Assembly (NCBI GenBank): GCA_902770735.1 | Contig: CACXUB010000010.1 | Location: 1 to 49,734, forward strand | Reading direction: 5' to 3' | DNA: 49,734 nucleotides | Source of the DNA: an uncultured Bacteroidota bacterium | Lineage (GTDB): Bacteria; Bacteroidota; Bacteroidia; Bacteroidales; WCHB1-69 | Shown here: piece after piece, positions 19,052-27,818 of the stretch | Layout: the number at the start of each line of letters is the position of its first letter | Position numbering within the stretch: position 1 is the stretch's first letter | The notes under the pieces: model-generated | Told to the model about the DNA's origin: nothing | The model's input: only the letters and a program-made list of their open reading frames with translations | Databases searched by the model: none | Position numbers and translations under genes: made by a program

Positions 19052-19564
19052 GTGGATGAAGATGAGTTGGTGTCAAAAGATGTGACCTTGGGAGAGATCC
19101 TTAAACACGAATTGGCTGATGTCAAAGACCTTAAGTGGGAAATGAGAGTCGATACAAAAAACAAGGAAAAGTTTTATCTGCAGGTAAAAGGTTGCGATAA
19201 AGTGCCGGTAGGCAATAAATACGAGCGCATTGTCGGCTTGCCGACTCACTATGTGGATTGGTATTGTAAGGTGAACTCGGATACTATCAACGAAGATATT
19301 TCAGAAAAGACATTTCCTGATGTGGACTGGAAAACGGTCTCTGCGGAAGAGATTGACAGACGTCTGAAGGAATATTTCCTTTCTCGCAAAATATACTTTT
19401 CCGAAGAAGAAGCCTTCAACAGTCTGCCGAATGAGCTGGTGTTGAACCTGCGTTCGGGAGGCTCCATCACGCCATACGACAAGTATGGTTATCAAATAGT
19501 GAACATCAGCGCATACGGCACTAATTACGACAAAGGTGTGTTTGTCCATATCAGAAGAGAATAA
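19052..19564 (+). CDS. Hypothetical protein (5' end possibly frameshifted from ATG 18978)
   Basis: 170-aa ORF with a GTG start; frame stays open back to 18989; a good-context ATG at 18978 lies one frame off. Confidence 0.6.
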   Translation: MDEDELVSKDVTLGEILKHELADVKDLKWEMRVDTKNKEKFYLQVKGCDKVPVGNKYERIVGLPTHYVDWYCKVNSDTINEDISEKTFPDVDWKTVSAEEIDRRLKEYFLSRKIYFSEEEAFNSLPNELVLNLRSGGSITPYDKYGYQIVNISAYGTNYDKGVFVHIRRE

Positions 19565-19745
19565 TGTAAGACTTTGAAAAATCAGTTCTCATCGAAGCAT
19601 TGCTGTTTGTCGGGCTGTTATGGCTGGTCGTGACGTTGTTCGGGCTGTGATAAGAAATTGCAAAAATAGAATGTCTGTCGATTCCTCTGATTTTTTGTCC
19701 CCGAAATTATCGCATCACTTGTGCTTCAAGCCCCTCCCCCCTGCC

Positions 19746-19801
19746 GCTAACTGCTAACTGCTAACTGCTAACTACTAACTGCTAACTGCTAACTACTAAC
19801 T
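19746..19801. repeat. Heptamer tandem repeat (CTAACTG/CTAACTA)n
   Basis: About 8 units immediately after the prfH stop. Confidence 0.85.
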
Positions 19802-20424
19802 CACAAATCCCCCTTGAACTTCTTCACCGGATTCCCCCGCTCGAGCGTGTTGTGGTTCATCCAGACGTCGCGCTCGCGCTGGGCTCTCGCGGCTTCGTGG
19901 TCGGCGGCGAGGCGCATCAGCAGCCGCTCTTTCGCCAACTGCTTGTTGCGCATCTGCGATCGCTCGTCGGAGGCTGTCACGCTGAGACCCGTGGGCAGGT
20001 AGGTGGCCCGAACCGCCGTCTCCACCTTGTTGACGTTCTGCCCGCCCGGACCGGAGGCGCGGTGCGTCTCATAGACGATCTGCCGCTCATCGACCTGCTG
20101 CGCCTGCATCGGGGCGATGAAGTGGACCCCCACGAACCAGTTCTTGCGGCGGTGCCACGGACGGAAGGGGTTCTTCTGCGCCACCCACAGCACCGAGCCC
20201 TCCCACGCGGCGGCGAGTGCGGACAACGCCGCCTCGTCGCCCTCCGCCGACAGCGTGGCCGAGAACATACAACCGTTGCTCGGCCCGGGTTCGTAGTCAA
20301 TCAGTTGGCACGAAATGTTTTGGTCTTTGGCCTGATGGATGAGCTTTTCCATCACCAAGACCACCACGCGGCAACACTCCTCGGGGCCGCGACCCGATGT
20401 TATCTGAATATAAGTCTTTTGCAT
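19801..20424 (-). CDS. prfH: Peptide chain release factor H
   Basis: [35 protein letters not shown] (GGQ), [14 protein letters not shown]. Confidence 0.93.
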   Translation of the reverse strand: MQKTYIQITSGRGPEECCRVVVLVMEKLIHQAKDQNISCQLIDYEPGPSNGCMFSATLSAEGDEAALSALAAAWEGSVLWVAQKNPFRPWHRRKNWFVGVHFIAPMQAQQVDERQIVYETHRASGPGGQNVNKVETAVRATYLPTGLSVTASDERSQMRNKQLAKERLLMRLAADHEAARAQRERDVWMNHNTLERGNPVKKFKGDL

Positions 20425-20430
20425 AATCTT

Positions 20431-21828
20431 CTATTCTTGGTTCATTCTTATGATGCGGGGATGGATCCTCCCCACCACTTTGATTAATGTTTCCGAGGCG
20501 GCCAGCACCTCGTCGATGGATTTGTAGGCGTCTGGGGCCTCCTCGGTGGAGCCGCCCAGCAGCGTGACACCCCGCTGCGCCAACTGCCGGTTGAGGGCGT
20601 AGCGACTGAAGCTGTTTCGCGCCTCCTGCCGCGACATCGCCCTTCCCGCCCCGTGACTGGCCGAGCAGATGGCTTCCTCGCAGCCGAGACCGGTCACCAA
20701 CAGTCCGGCGTCGGTCATGTTGGCAGGGATGATGCCCAACTCGCCCGCGTGCGCCGGGGTGGCACCCTTGCGGTGCACGATTACTTCCGAACCGTCGGTC
20801 AGCGTCTCCCGCCATGCGAAGTTGTGGTGGTTGCTCACGTTGGCTAACGGTTGCAGTCGCATTCCCTGTGCCACGTTCCGGTGTATCAGCTCGTGGCAGA
20901 CCGCCGAGTACTCGCCGGCGATCTCCATGCACTGCCAGTACATCTCGCCCTCCTCGCTGTCGAGGTCGAGCCACGCGAACGGTCCGGCCTCGCGGGGCAG
21001 CCGGCACTGCGCTTTGGCGATGGTCGTGAAGTGCTCGGCGATGGCCGCCCCGAGGCCTCGGCTGCCGGAGTGCGACAGGATGGCCGTATAGCTTCCCGCC
21101 GCTAACGTCAACGGGTTGTTGGCATCTAAATTCACCTCGCAGATATCGACGAAGTGGTTGCCGCCGCCGCTGGTGCCCAACTGCCGGATGGCCTTGTCCC
21201 TCAACTTCTTGAGAACCGGGATGGTGCGCCACTCCTCGCGGTCGAAGAGTGGGTGGTACTGCTTGAACGGCAGCACACCCTCCATCCCGAAGGCGGTGTT
21301 CTCCCACAGCGCTTTCTCGATTCGGCCGTGGTGGTCGCGGATGTGGCTGCCGGGCGCGTCGAGGAGGGTGAGCGACATGCGGCAGCCGATGTCGAGCCCC
21401 ACGGCGTAGGGGAGCACGGCGTTGCGGGTGGCCAGCACGCCGCCCACGGGAAGTCCGTAGCCCGCGTGCGCGTCAGGCATCAGTGCGCCCGCCACGGTGA
21501 CGGGCAGCCGCATGGCGGTCTCCATCTGCCGGAATGCCAGCGGGTCGATGAGGTCGCGTCCGAACACAGCGCAGGGGAGGGGATTCTCCCGCAGGTCGTG
21601 GTGTCGCACGGTCGTCTCTTTCGGCGACAGCAGTTCCGCTAACGCCCGCCAGCGCGGGTTTTGGTGTTGTTTATATTCTTCGGGGTGCGCCACGAAGTCT
21701 TGCAGCAGCGACAAGATCTGTTCGTCGGTGAGGTGTTTGCCCTCCTGCTTCACGAACTCCAACATCCGGCTGCGGAGCACATTGTCGGTGACCCCCATTT
21801 TGGTCAGTTCTTTCTTTAAGTTGCCCAT
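20431..21828 (-). CDS. rtcB: RtcB family RNA ligase (RtcB2 type, paired with PrfH)
   Basis: MPDAHAGYGLPVG, DIGCRM, GGGNHF, HSGSRG, HHNFA, HRKGATPA, SHGAGR, EEAPDAYK. Confidence 0.95.
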   Translation of the reverse strand: MGNLKKELTKMGVTDNVLRSRMLEFVKQEGKHLTDEQILSLLQDFVAHPEEYKQHQNPRWRALAELLSPKETTVRHHDLRENPLPCAVFGRDLIDPLAFRQMETAMRLPVTVAGALMPDAHAGYGLPVGGVLATRNAVLPYAVGLDIGCRMSLTLLDAPGSHIRDHHGRIEKALWENTAFGMEGVLPFKQYHPLFDREEWRTIPVLKKLRDKAIRQLGTSGGGNHFVDICEVNLDANNPLTLAAGSYTAILSHSGSRGLGAAIAEHFTTIAKAQCRLPREAGPFAWLDLDSEEGEMYWQCMEIAGEYSAVCHELIHRNVAQGMRLQPLANVSNHHNFAWRETLTDGSEVIVHRKGATPAHAGELGIIPANMTDAGLLVTGLGCEEAICSASHGAGRAMSRQEARNSFSRYALNRQLAQRGVTLLGGSTEEAPDAYKSIDEVLAASETLIKVVGRIHPRIIRMNQE

Positions 21829-21834
21829 GTTTCT

Positions 21835-21949
21835 TGCTATTAGCTATTGGCTTTTGGCTTTTGGCTTTTGGCTGTTCACTGGCGAGGAACTAATGACCAT
21901 AACTATAACTATGACCATAACTATAACTATGACTATAACTTTTGACTAC
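21835..21949. repeat. Heptamer (GCTWTTR) and hexamer (ACYATR) tandem repeats in the rtcB leader
   Basis: gctatta gctattg gcttttg x3; accata/actata/actatg, about 8 units. Confidence 0.8.
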
Positions 21950-22306
21950 TGAGCCCTCGGCCTTTGACCCTAACCAACCTTAAGCCTAAAATTTGACACG
22001 GAAATGCCATTCCGCATCGGTTAATAAAAATAAAATGTGAAAACGGCGGACACGTTCAATGTTCGCCACAATATCTGTAACAACTTGATACAGAATTGTT
22101 TTTATCGGATGTTGTCAATCTTTATACTCATCGTTGCGCTCCTTTCTTCTTGAAATCAGGGGTTCAACTTTCGGGCGGCAAAGATACGTTTTTTTGTGAA
22201 TGGTGAGTAGTGATTTGTGATTTGTGAGCAGTGAACTGGCTCGTGAACGCGAGGTTTTGCAGATTTTTGCTAATTTTGCACTTTCAAAACCAAACAACCG
22301 AAGAAT

Positions 22307-23521
22307 ATGAGAGTGAAGCCGTATGTCCCTGATCCCGAGAACGATGTGTTTTTGAATAGCTACGACAACGAGATTCCGTTGGCGTGCAATGTCATCTATT
22401 ATGTGGAAAGCGCGGAAAACGAGCCGTTGAATGCAGCCATGCGCGATTTGGCGAAGCAAGACATCACGCTGTTGGATGACGCAAAAATCCAGCCATATCC
22501 GTTTGGACTTCAGTATGTTGCGCAGTCCGATCTGGATGAAGAAACCCTTCGCGCAGCCTTGATGCCCGAATATGGCGAAACGCTGACGGAGGAGACCGTC
22601 GGTAACTTCCGTCGCTGCTTGTCGGACGGTCAGGGCGGCACGCTGGTGGCCCGCTGTCTGCCGATATTCTCCAGCGGCGACTTTTTCGAGGACGACAACA
22701 CTGTCTGCACCTTCCCGGGGTTCCGTCTCACCGCCCCTGAGAAGGCCGCAGGGAAAGTTGCGTGGTTCGCCCGTGAGGCCGCCGAACGGAACTTCTATCG
22801 TCTGACCGGTGAATCCTACCAAGACTATATCAATCCTCCGGCGCGTGCTCGGGAATCCCGGTCGGGATACGGGGGATTTGGAATGGGCTTTATCACCCGG
22901 GAAAAGTCCAAGCAGGAAATTACCGAAGATATGCAACGTCGAGCCGAGGCATTGTCGGACTGGATTGTCAAGAACATCCAAGATGACAACGTGGCTATCT
23001 CTGTTTTGGACCTGGTGCAGAAACAGTTGCGCAACAAGGGAAAATTGAAGGTGCCCTGCAAGATTAAAGTCAAGGACAAGAGCATCTACCGGATGCTTCC
23101 CAATAACGAGCTGAAAAAGTTGTCAATCGGAAGGGGCGCCATCCCCAGGATGCTGTACGTTTTCTACCTGATTCAGATCAAGCGTGCGGCAAAGGATGCC
23201 CGCCAGCCAAGGAATATCGCGCAAGTGAATCTCGTGGATTATAAAGACGATTTGTTGCACATTTACAAGAATATCGGTTCCAACTGGGATGCCGACATGC
23301 ACAACATCGAGTCCGTATGGGACAAAACCAATGGCACTTTTTCGAGTGCCCTGTGGTCCATCCGCAACTGTTTCGAAGACATTTTTGATGTAAACAGTCT
23401 GCTGCCCAAGTGTTACACCATAGAGATTGTGGACGAAGACAAGATGGGCAGGAGTCTGTACGGCATCCAGCTCGACCCTGACGACATTGAGTTGGGGTGG
23501 CCGTATGACGGGATGGTGTAA
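22307..23521 (+). CDS. Hypothetical protein with C-terminal putative winged-HTH domain
   Basis: 404 aa; C-terminus (GRGAIPRMLYVFYL...DYKDDLLHIY...SIRNCF...CYTIEI...YGIQLDPDD) is paralogous to 27819-28625; -7 box TAATTTTG at 22271. Confidence 0.7.
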   Translation: MRVKPYVPDPENDVFLNSYDNEIPLACNVIYYVESAENEPLNAAMRDLAKQDITLLDDAKIQPYPFGLQYVAQSDLDEETLRAALMPEYGETLTEETVGNFRRCLSDGQGGTLVARCLPIFSSGDFFEDDNTVCTFPGFRLTAPEKAAGKVAWFAREAAERNFYRLTGESYQDYINPPARARESRSGYGGFGMGFITREKSKQEITEDMQRRAEALSDWIVKNIQDDNVAISVLDLVQKQLRNKGKLKVPCKIKVKDKSIYRMLPNNELKKLSIGRGAIPRMLYVFYLIQIKRAAKDARQPRNIAQVNLVDYKDDLLHIYKNIGSNWDADMHNIESVWDKTNGTFSSALWSIRNCFEDIFDVNSLLPKCYTIEIVDEDKMGRSLYGIQLDPDDIELGWPYDGMV

Positions 23522-23534
23522 GGCGGCCTTTCCC

Positions 23535-23581
23535 TGCTACTAGCAGAAATCAACCCCCTGTCCGTTGATTTCCGACTTTTG
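23535..23581 (+). promoter_or_regulatory. Palindrome box 4 + -7 element (AAA ATPase)
   Basis: TGCTACTAGCA (23535-23545), N28, GACTTTTG (23574-23581). Confidence 0.8.
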
Positions 23582-23608
23582 CGGCGTCAAATTCAAACAA
23601 ATATTATC

Positions 23609-25348
23609 ATGAGAGATAACAAGAATTTCAACGCCCTCAAGACCTTGACAGAGGTCGCCAAACTTATGGAAAATTCCACCGACAGGATGATCCGACTTTA
23701 CGATCCCGAGTTCACGGCTTCCGGGAATGCCGACGAACGCTCTAAACGGAAACCGGACAACCAGCTCATCAGCGCGATGGAACCGCAACTGCGCGAACAG
23801 GTGGACCAGCTCGGCCGCTTCCTGAAGACCACCCCGCTGGAAACCCTGCTCTTCGTGGCGGTCTTCGCCATCCAGCTGATCAACAACAGCAGCGTCGACA
23901 CCCGCGACATCAGCCGCTACCTCGACATCAACGGGCTGGACTTCCTGCCGCTGAAGCCCGTGCTGCATTCGCTGCTGAAAAAACGCCTGATCCGCGTGGT
24001 GAACCGCCGTCGCAGCACCAACGACTATATCGTGGCCGATGTCGTGGAGCACTCGCTCCTCCTAAACAAACCGGTGAAACGGATGAAAGCGCAGGAGATG
24101 GACCAGTTCCAGTTCTGCAACCTCGTCTCCGGACTCATCGAATGCCGAAGCAACGAGGACTTTGACACGCGTGAGCTTTTCATCCAGGTGGAAAGGGAGG
24201 AGGAAGCCAACTCTCACATCAAATTAGTGAAAGAGTTGCGGAAACTTTCGCTCGACATTGAGGACAGAACCCTCTTTTATGAAATCTGTGACGATTTCGT
24301 CCGCGACCGCCGGCGCAACACGGGGGTGGAATGCACTCTGAACGACATCTACGACAATCTGCGCCATCGTTTCGACATTGCCAAGAACATCATGAGCCAA
24401 AACCATCCGCTCATGCAGTCAGAGCTGGCGGAACTGCTTCCCGCCAAATTCCTCGCCGAAGCGGAGATTACGTTGACCGAAAAGGGCAAACGGCTGCTGT
24501 TGGACGAGGACTACGACCTGTTCTGCGGCAAGGGTGGTACCGACAAACGGCTGACCGCACCCGACAAGATTCCCGTCCGCGAACTATTTTTCAGCGAGGA
24601 GCTGTCGGCAGACCTCGACTTCGTGAAGGAGAGTCTGCAGGAGGAGAAATTCGTGGAGCTGCAGAAGCGGTTGGAGGAAAATTCGCTGCCCAAGGGTGTG
24701 GCCATGCTCTTCCACGGGCTGCCCGGCACAGGCAAGACCGCCGCGGTCGATATGATCGCCAAGGCCACCGGCCGCAGCGTCTATCACGTCGATATCGCCG
24801 CCTCCAAGACCTGCTGGTTCGGCGAGAGCGAGAAGCTCTTCAAGAGAATCTTCACCGACTACCGCCGCATGTGCGAGACCGAGGAACGCAAGCCCATCCT
24901 GCTGTTCAACGAGGCCGACGCGCTCTTCAGCAAGCGCCGCGACGTCGATTCCGGCAGCTGCGCCCAGACCGAGAACGCCCTGCAGAACATCCTGTTGGAG
25001 GAGATGGAGACGCTGGACGGCATCCTCATCGCCACCACCAACCTGTGCGACAACTTCGACAGTGCCTTCGAGCGCCGCTTCCTCTTCAAGGTGAAGTTCG
25101 GGCAGCCCAACACCGATGCTAAGAAGTCCATTTGGAAGAGCAAACTCCCGTGGCTCACGGAAGAACAGTGCGGCCTGTTGGCGACGAAGTACGACCTCTC
25201 GGGCGGCGAAATTGACAACATCGTGCGCAAGAGCATGATGGAGGAGGTGCTGAGCGGCAACCGTCCCGATGTGGCGATGTTAGAGGCCTGGTGCCGCGGT
25301 GAGAAGCTGACGCGGAAGGGCGGGAAAGCGATTGGGTTTGCGTGCTGA
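23609..25348 (+). CDS. AAA+ ATPase (SpoVK/Ycf46-like) with large N-terminal region
   Basis: Walker A GLPGTGKT, WFGESEK, Walker B LLFNEAD, ATTN...FDSAFERRF, LSGGEIDN, C-terminal IGF; likely start ATG 23609. Confidence 0.88.
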   Translation: MRDNKNFNALKTLTEVAKLMENSTDRMIRLYDPEFTASGNADERSKRKPDNQLISAMEPQLREQVDQLGRFLKTTPLETLLFVAVFAIQLINNSSVDTRDISRYLDINGLDFLPLKPVLHSLLKKRLIRVVNRRRSTNDYIVADVVEHSLLLNKPVKRMKAQEMDQFQFCNLVSGLIECRSNEDFDTRELFIQVEREEEANSHIKLVKELRKLSLDIEDRTLFYEICDDFVRDRRRNTGVECTLNDIYDNLRHRFDIAKNIMSQNHPLMQSELAELLPAKFLAEAEITLTEKGKRLLLDEDYDLFCGKGGTDKRLTAPDKIPVRELFFSEELSADLDFVKESLQEEKFVELQKRLEENSLPKGVAMLFHGLPGTGKTAAVDMIAKATGRSVYHVDIAASKTCWFGESEKLFKRIFTDYRRMCETEERKPILLFNEADALFSKRRDVDSGSCAQTENALQNILLEEMETLDGILIATTNLCDNFDSAFERRFLFKVKFGQPNTDAKKSIWKSKLPWLTEEQCGLLATKYDLSGGEIDNIVRKSMMEEVLSGNRPDVAMLEAWCRGEKLTRKGGKAIGFAC

Positions 25349-25424
25349 GGATCGGCTGTTAGCTGTTAGCTTTTAGCTGTTGGCCGTTGGCTTCATGCAT
25401 GCCACCGCGAGAGCGGGAAAAATC

Positions 25425-25471
25425 CGCTACTCGCAAAATAACCCGTATTTCAAAAAAACGAACTATTTTTG
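25425..25471 (+). promoter_or_regulatory. Palindrome box 5 + -7 element (YqiA-like esterase)
   Basis: CGCTACTCGCA (25425-25435), N28, TATTTTTG (25464-25471). Confidence 0.8.
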
Positions 25472-25537
25472 CCACGTGAAACAATTTACTAATCACTATT
25501 CACTGATCACTGTTCACTAATCACCAATCACAAAACG

Positions 25538-26230
25538 ATGAACATCCTATACCTGCACGGTTACGGCTCGTCAGGGCAGAGCAGCACCGTGGAATACCTG
25601 AAAAAGTCCCTGCCAGATTACTATCACATCGAAGCCCCCGACATTCCCGTCGATCCGGCGGAGGCGCTGCCGTTCCTCAAGCATCTTTGCGAGGAGGAGC
25701 ATTTCAGCGTCATCATCGGCACGAGCATGGGCGGCATGTACGCCCACCAGCTGTCCGCCGACTTCGTGCGCATCTGCGTCAACCCGGCGCTCCACCTCTC
25801 AGAAATCACCGATGTGATGAAGGTGGGCACCTTCGACTTCTTCCAGCCCCGCAAGGACGGACAGACGCAATACACCATCACGGAGGAGATCATCCGACAC
25901 TATCGTGAGATGGAGGCACACCAGTTCGACCAATGGAAGGCGGATGCCCCCGAGAACATCTTATGCATAGGATTGTTCGGCACACGGGACACCACCGTGA
26001 ACTGCCGCGAGGAGTTCGCCCGTTACTATCCCAACGTACAGACCTTTGAGGGCGGACATCGGATGAACCAGAAGGTGGTGAAAAATGTGGTGTTGCCCAT
26101 CTTACGGCGGATTGAGGCAAATAGTATCATTCCCCGCACAGCAGGTGCGGGCGACCCCAATTCCCCTTCTGTTTCAGAAGGGGTGCCTGAAAGGCGGGGT
26201 AGTAATATTGAACATCAGAATTCTTTGTGA
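25538..26230 (+). CDS. YqiA/YcfP family alpha/beta hydrolase
   Basis: ILYLHGYGSS, GTSMGG nucleophile elbow, VNPAL, D.TV, GGHR. Confidence 0.88.
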   Translation: MNILYLHGYGSSGQSSTVEYLKKSLPDYYHIEAPDIPVDPAEALPFLKHLCEEEHFSVIIGTSMGGMYAHQLSADFVRICVNPALHLSEITDVMKVGTFDFFQPRKDGQTQYTITEEIIRHYREMEAHQFDQWKADAPENILCIGLFGTRDTTVNCREEFARYYPNVQTFEGGHRMNQKVVKNVVLPILRRIEANSIIPRTAGAGDPNSPSVSEGVPERRGSNIEHQNSL

Positions 26231-26354
26231 AAAAAAGACCATTGACAACGACATTCAAACACTAAATTCTCAAATTCCAAGCAAACGAAGATTTTATTCC
26301 CGTTCAGTTAAACAGAGAAAATGTCGCAATAGTAATAATTGAAAAAAGATTGTT

Positions 26355-27077
26355 ATGAAAACCGTTTTTGAATTAACCAAAATCACCGCTAACAGCAAGG
26401 CGCGCTATCCTGTCCGCAAAACCGATACAGACGAGTTGGGACTTTTCTCCTCTTTATATAAAGCCCAAAAACAGATGTTCAAAGAGGTTAAGGAGTGCCA
26501 AGAGTATGAACAGGAACGGCTGAAAGACATTGCCGAAGACGAGGAATATCGTAAGGAGGAAAAACGCTACGGGCATAACATTGTGTTGGCCTACCGCATA
26601 ACGGAGCTCCAATTGGATATGAGCCGCCATTGGGAAAGCATACAGTCGGTGCGCACCTACACCGCCGACGGAAAGCCCAACGACGAATCTCTGCTGGATT
26701 ACCAATGCGAACGCCATTTCAAGGGCCGCACCCCCGAGCAGATTCGCTTCCGGCCTGGCGACATCGTGGAGGTGATTGACGAATGGGGAGCGGAGCTCTG
26801 TGTGGTAGGTCACGCACAGCCCACCACAGAGGACTACGCCAGTTATCGTAAACGTTGCTGGGAAGATTGCATGAAGGATTGCCAAAAATCATGTCGCGAC
26901 AAAAGCGTTGAGGTCAAGGAGGAAAATTGCACTTTCCATTGGGACTACAGCGACGACTGCTACTTGGTTTACTCCTTAGGCGAGGGCGACACCCACTTCC
27001 ACCCCGAATCGCCGAAGGTGTTCCGCCCCACCAAGCCGGTGCCGAAAGCGTTGCGGGAGAAACTGAAAGCGAAATAA
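26355..27077 (+). CDS. Hypothetical protein
   Basis: 240-aa ORF; FKGR.PEQIRFRPGDIVEV and DYSDDCYLV segments. Confidence 0.75.
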   Translation: MKTVFELTKITANSKARYPVRKTDTDELGLFSSLYKAQKQMFKEVKECQEYEQERLKDIAEDEEYRKEEKRYGHNIVLAYRITELQLDMSRHWESIQSVRTYTADGKPNDESLLDYQCERHFKGRTPEQIRFRPGDIVEVIDEWGAELCVVGHAQPTTEDYASYRKRCWEDCMKDCQKSCRDKSVEVKEENCTFHWDYSDDCYLVYSLGEGDTHFHPESPKVFRPTKPVPKALREKLKAK

Positions 27078-27158
27078 GAGGAAATGCTACGGCTTTATGG
27101 AGCAAACTCCTGACTATTACAGTAAGTGAGCGATTTATGTAGATTAAAAATTCACATT

Positions 27159-27599
27159 ATGAATCATTATACAGGAAACATCACCCCGGGGAAGGACATC
27201 ATCTTTGTGTTCGGGAGCAACCCGGAAGGGAAACATGGCGCGGGCTCGGCCAAGGTCGCCCTCCAGAAGTTCGGCGCCAAGTACGGCAAGGGCGACGGCC
27301 TGCACGGACAATCGTACGCCTTGATAACCACCGAGATGCGCAAAGGGTGGCCGCGCATCACCTTGGAGCAGATCACCGACAACGTGCGTCGCCTGTACGA
27401 GGTGGCGAGGAAGATGCCGGACAAGCGGTTCATGGTGGCCTACCGCAATCAGCCCGACCAACGGACCCTGTGCGGCTACACGGGCGCGCAGATGATGAAA
27501 TGCTTCCTTTCCGCCGGCGAAATCCCCGACAACATCTGGTTCAGCGAAGAGTGGTACAAGGCCATGAATTGCGAGACAAATAACCCCAAAACCTGCTAA
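27159..27599 (+). CDS. A1S_2505-family (phage non-structural-like) protein
   Basis: IFVFGSNPEGKHGAGSA..A..KFGAKYGKGDGLHGQSYAL.T; likely start ATG 27159. Confidence 0.75.
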   Translation: MNHYTGNITPGKDIIFVFGSNPEGKHGAGSAKVALQKFGAKYGKGDGLHGQSYALITTEMRKGWPRITLEQITDNVRRLYEVARKMPDKRFMVAYRNQPDQRTLCGYTGAQMMKCFLSAGEIPDNIWFSEEWYKAMNCETNNPKTC

Positions 27600-27640
27600 T
27601 AGCAGAAAACGTGACTGCCTGAATATTCATCGTATTTTTG
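27594..27640 (+). promoter_or_regulatory. Palindrome box 6 + -7 element
   Basis: TGCTAATAGCA (27594-27604), N28, TATTTTTG (27633-27640). Confidence 0.85.
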
Positions 27641-27661
27641 CACCGTAAAATCATCAAAGCT

Positions 27662-27808
27662 ATGGATAAAGAAAAAGTCAAAGACTATCTGTGGAACTAC
27701 TTCTTCCCCATCACCTCCGCCTCGGAAGAAGAACGACGGCTGGTGCGTGGGAAGCTGAAAATAAAAGTTTTCCTTTTTTTGCCGTGTAAATGTAGTTTAA
27801 CAAAATAA
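27662..27808 (+). pseudogene. 48-codon ORF, probably a truncated gene
   Basis: MDKEKVKDYLWNYFFPITSASEEERRLVRGK with coding-like codons, then running into AT-rich promoter-like DNA of the next gene. Confidence 0.45.
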
Positions 27809-27818
27809 TTTTGCCCAA

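Noticed and set aside
21835-21845. TGCTATTAGCT, a 10/11 match to the regulon palindrome just upstream of rtcB
   Set aside because: It is part of the GCTATTA/GCTTTTG heptamer array and has no -7 box 28 bp away.
22202-22233. GGTGAGTAGTG / TGTGAGCAGTG partial box matches between the divergent rtcB and 22307 promoters
   Set aside because: Only 7/11 matches, wrong spacing, and explained by the TCACTAA-type heptamer repeat.
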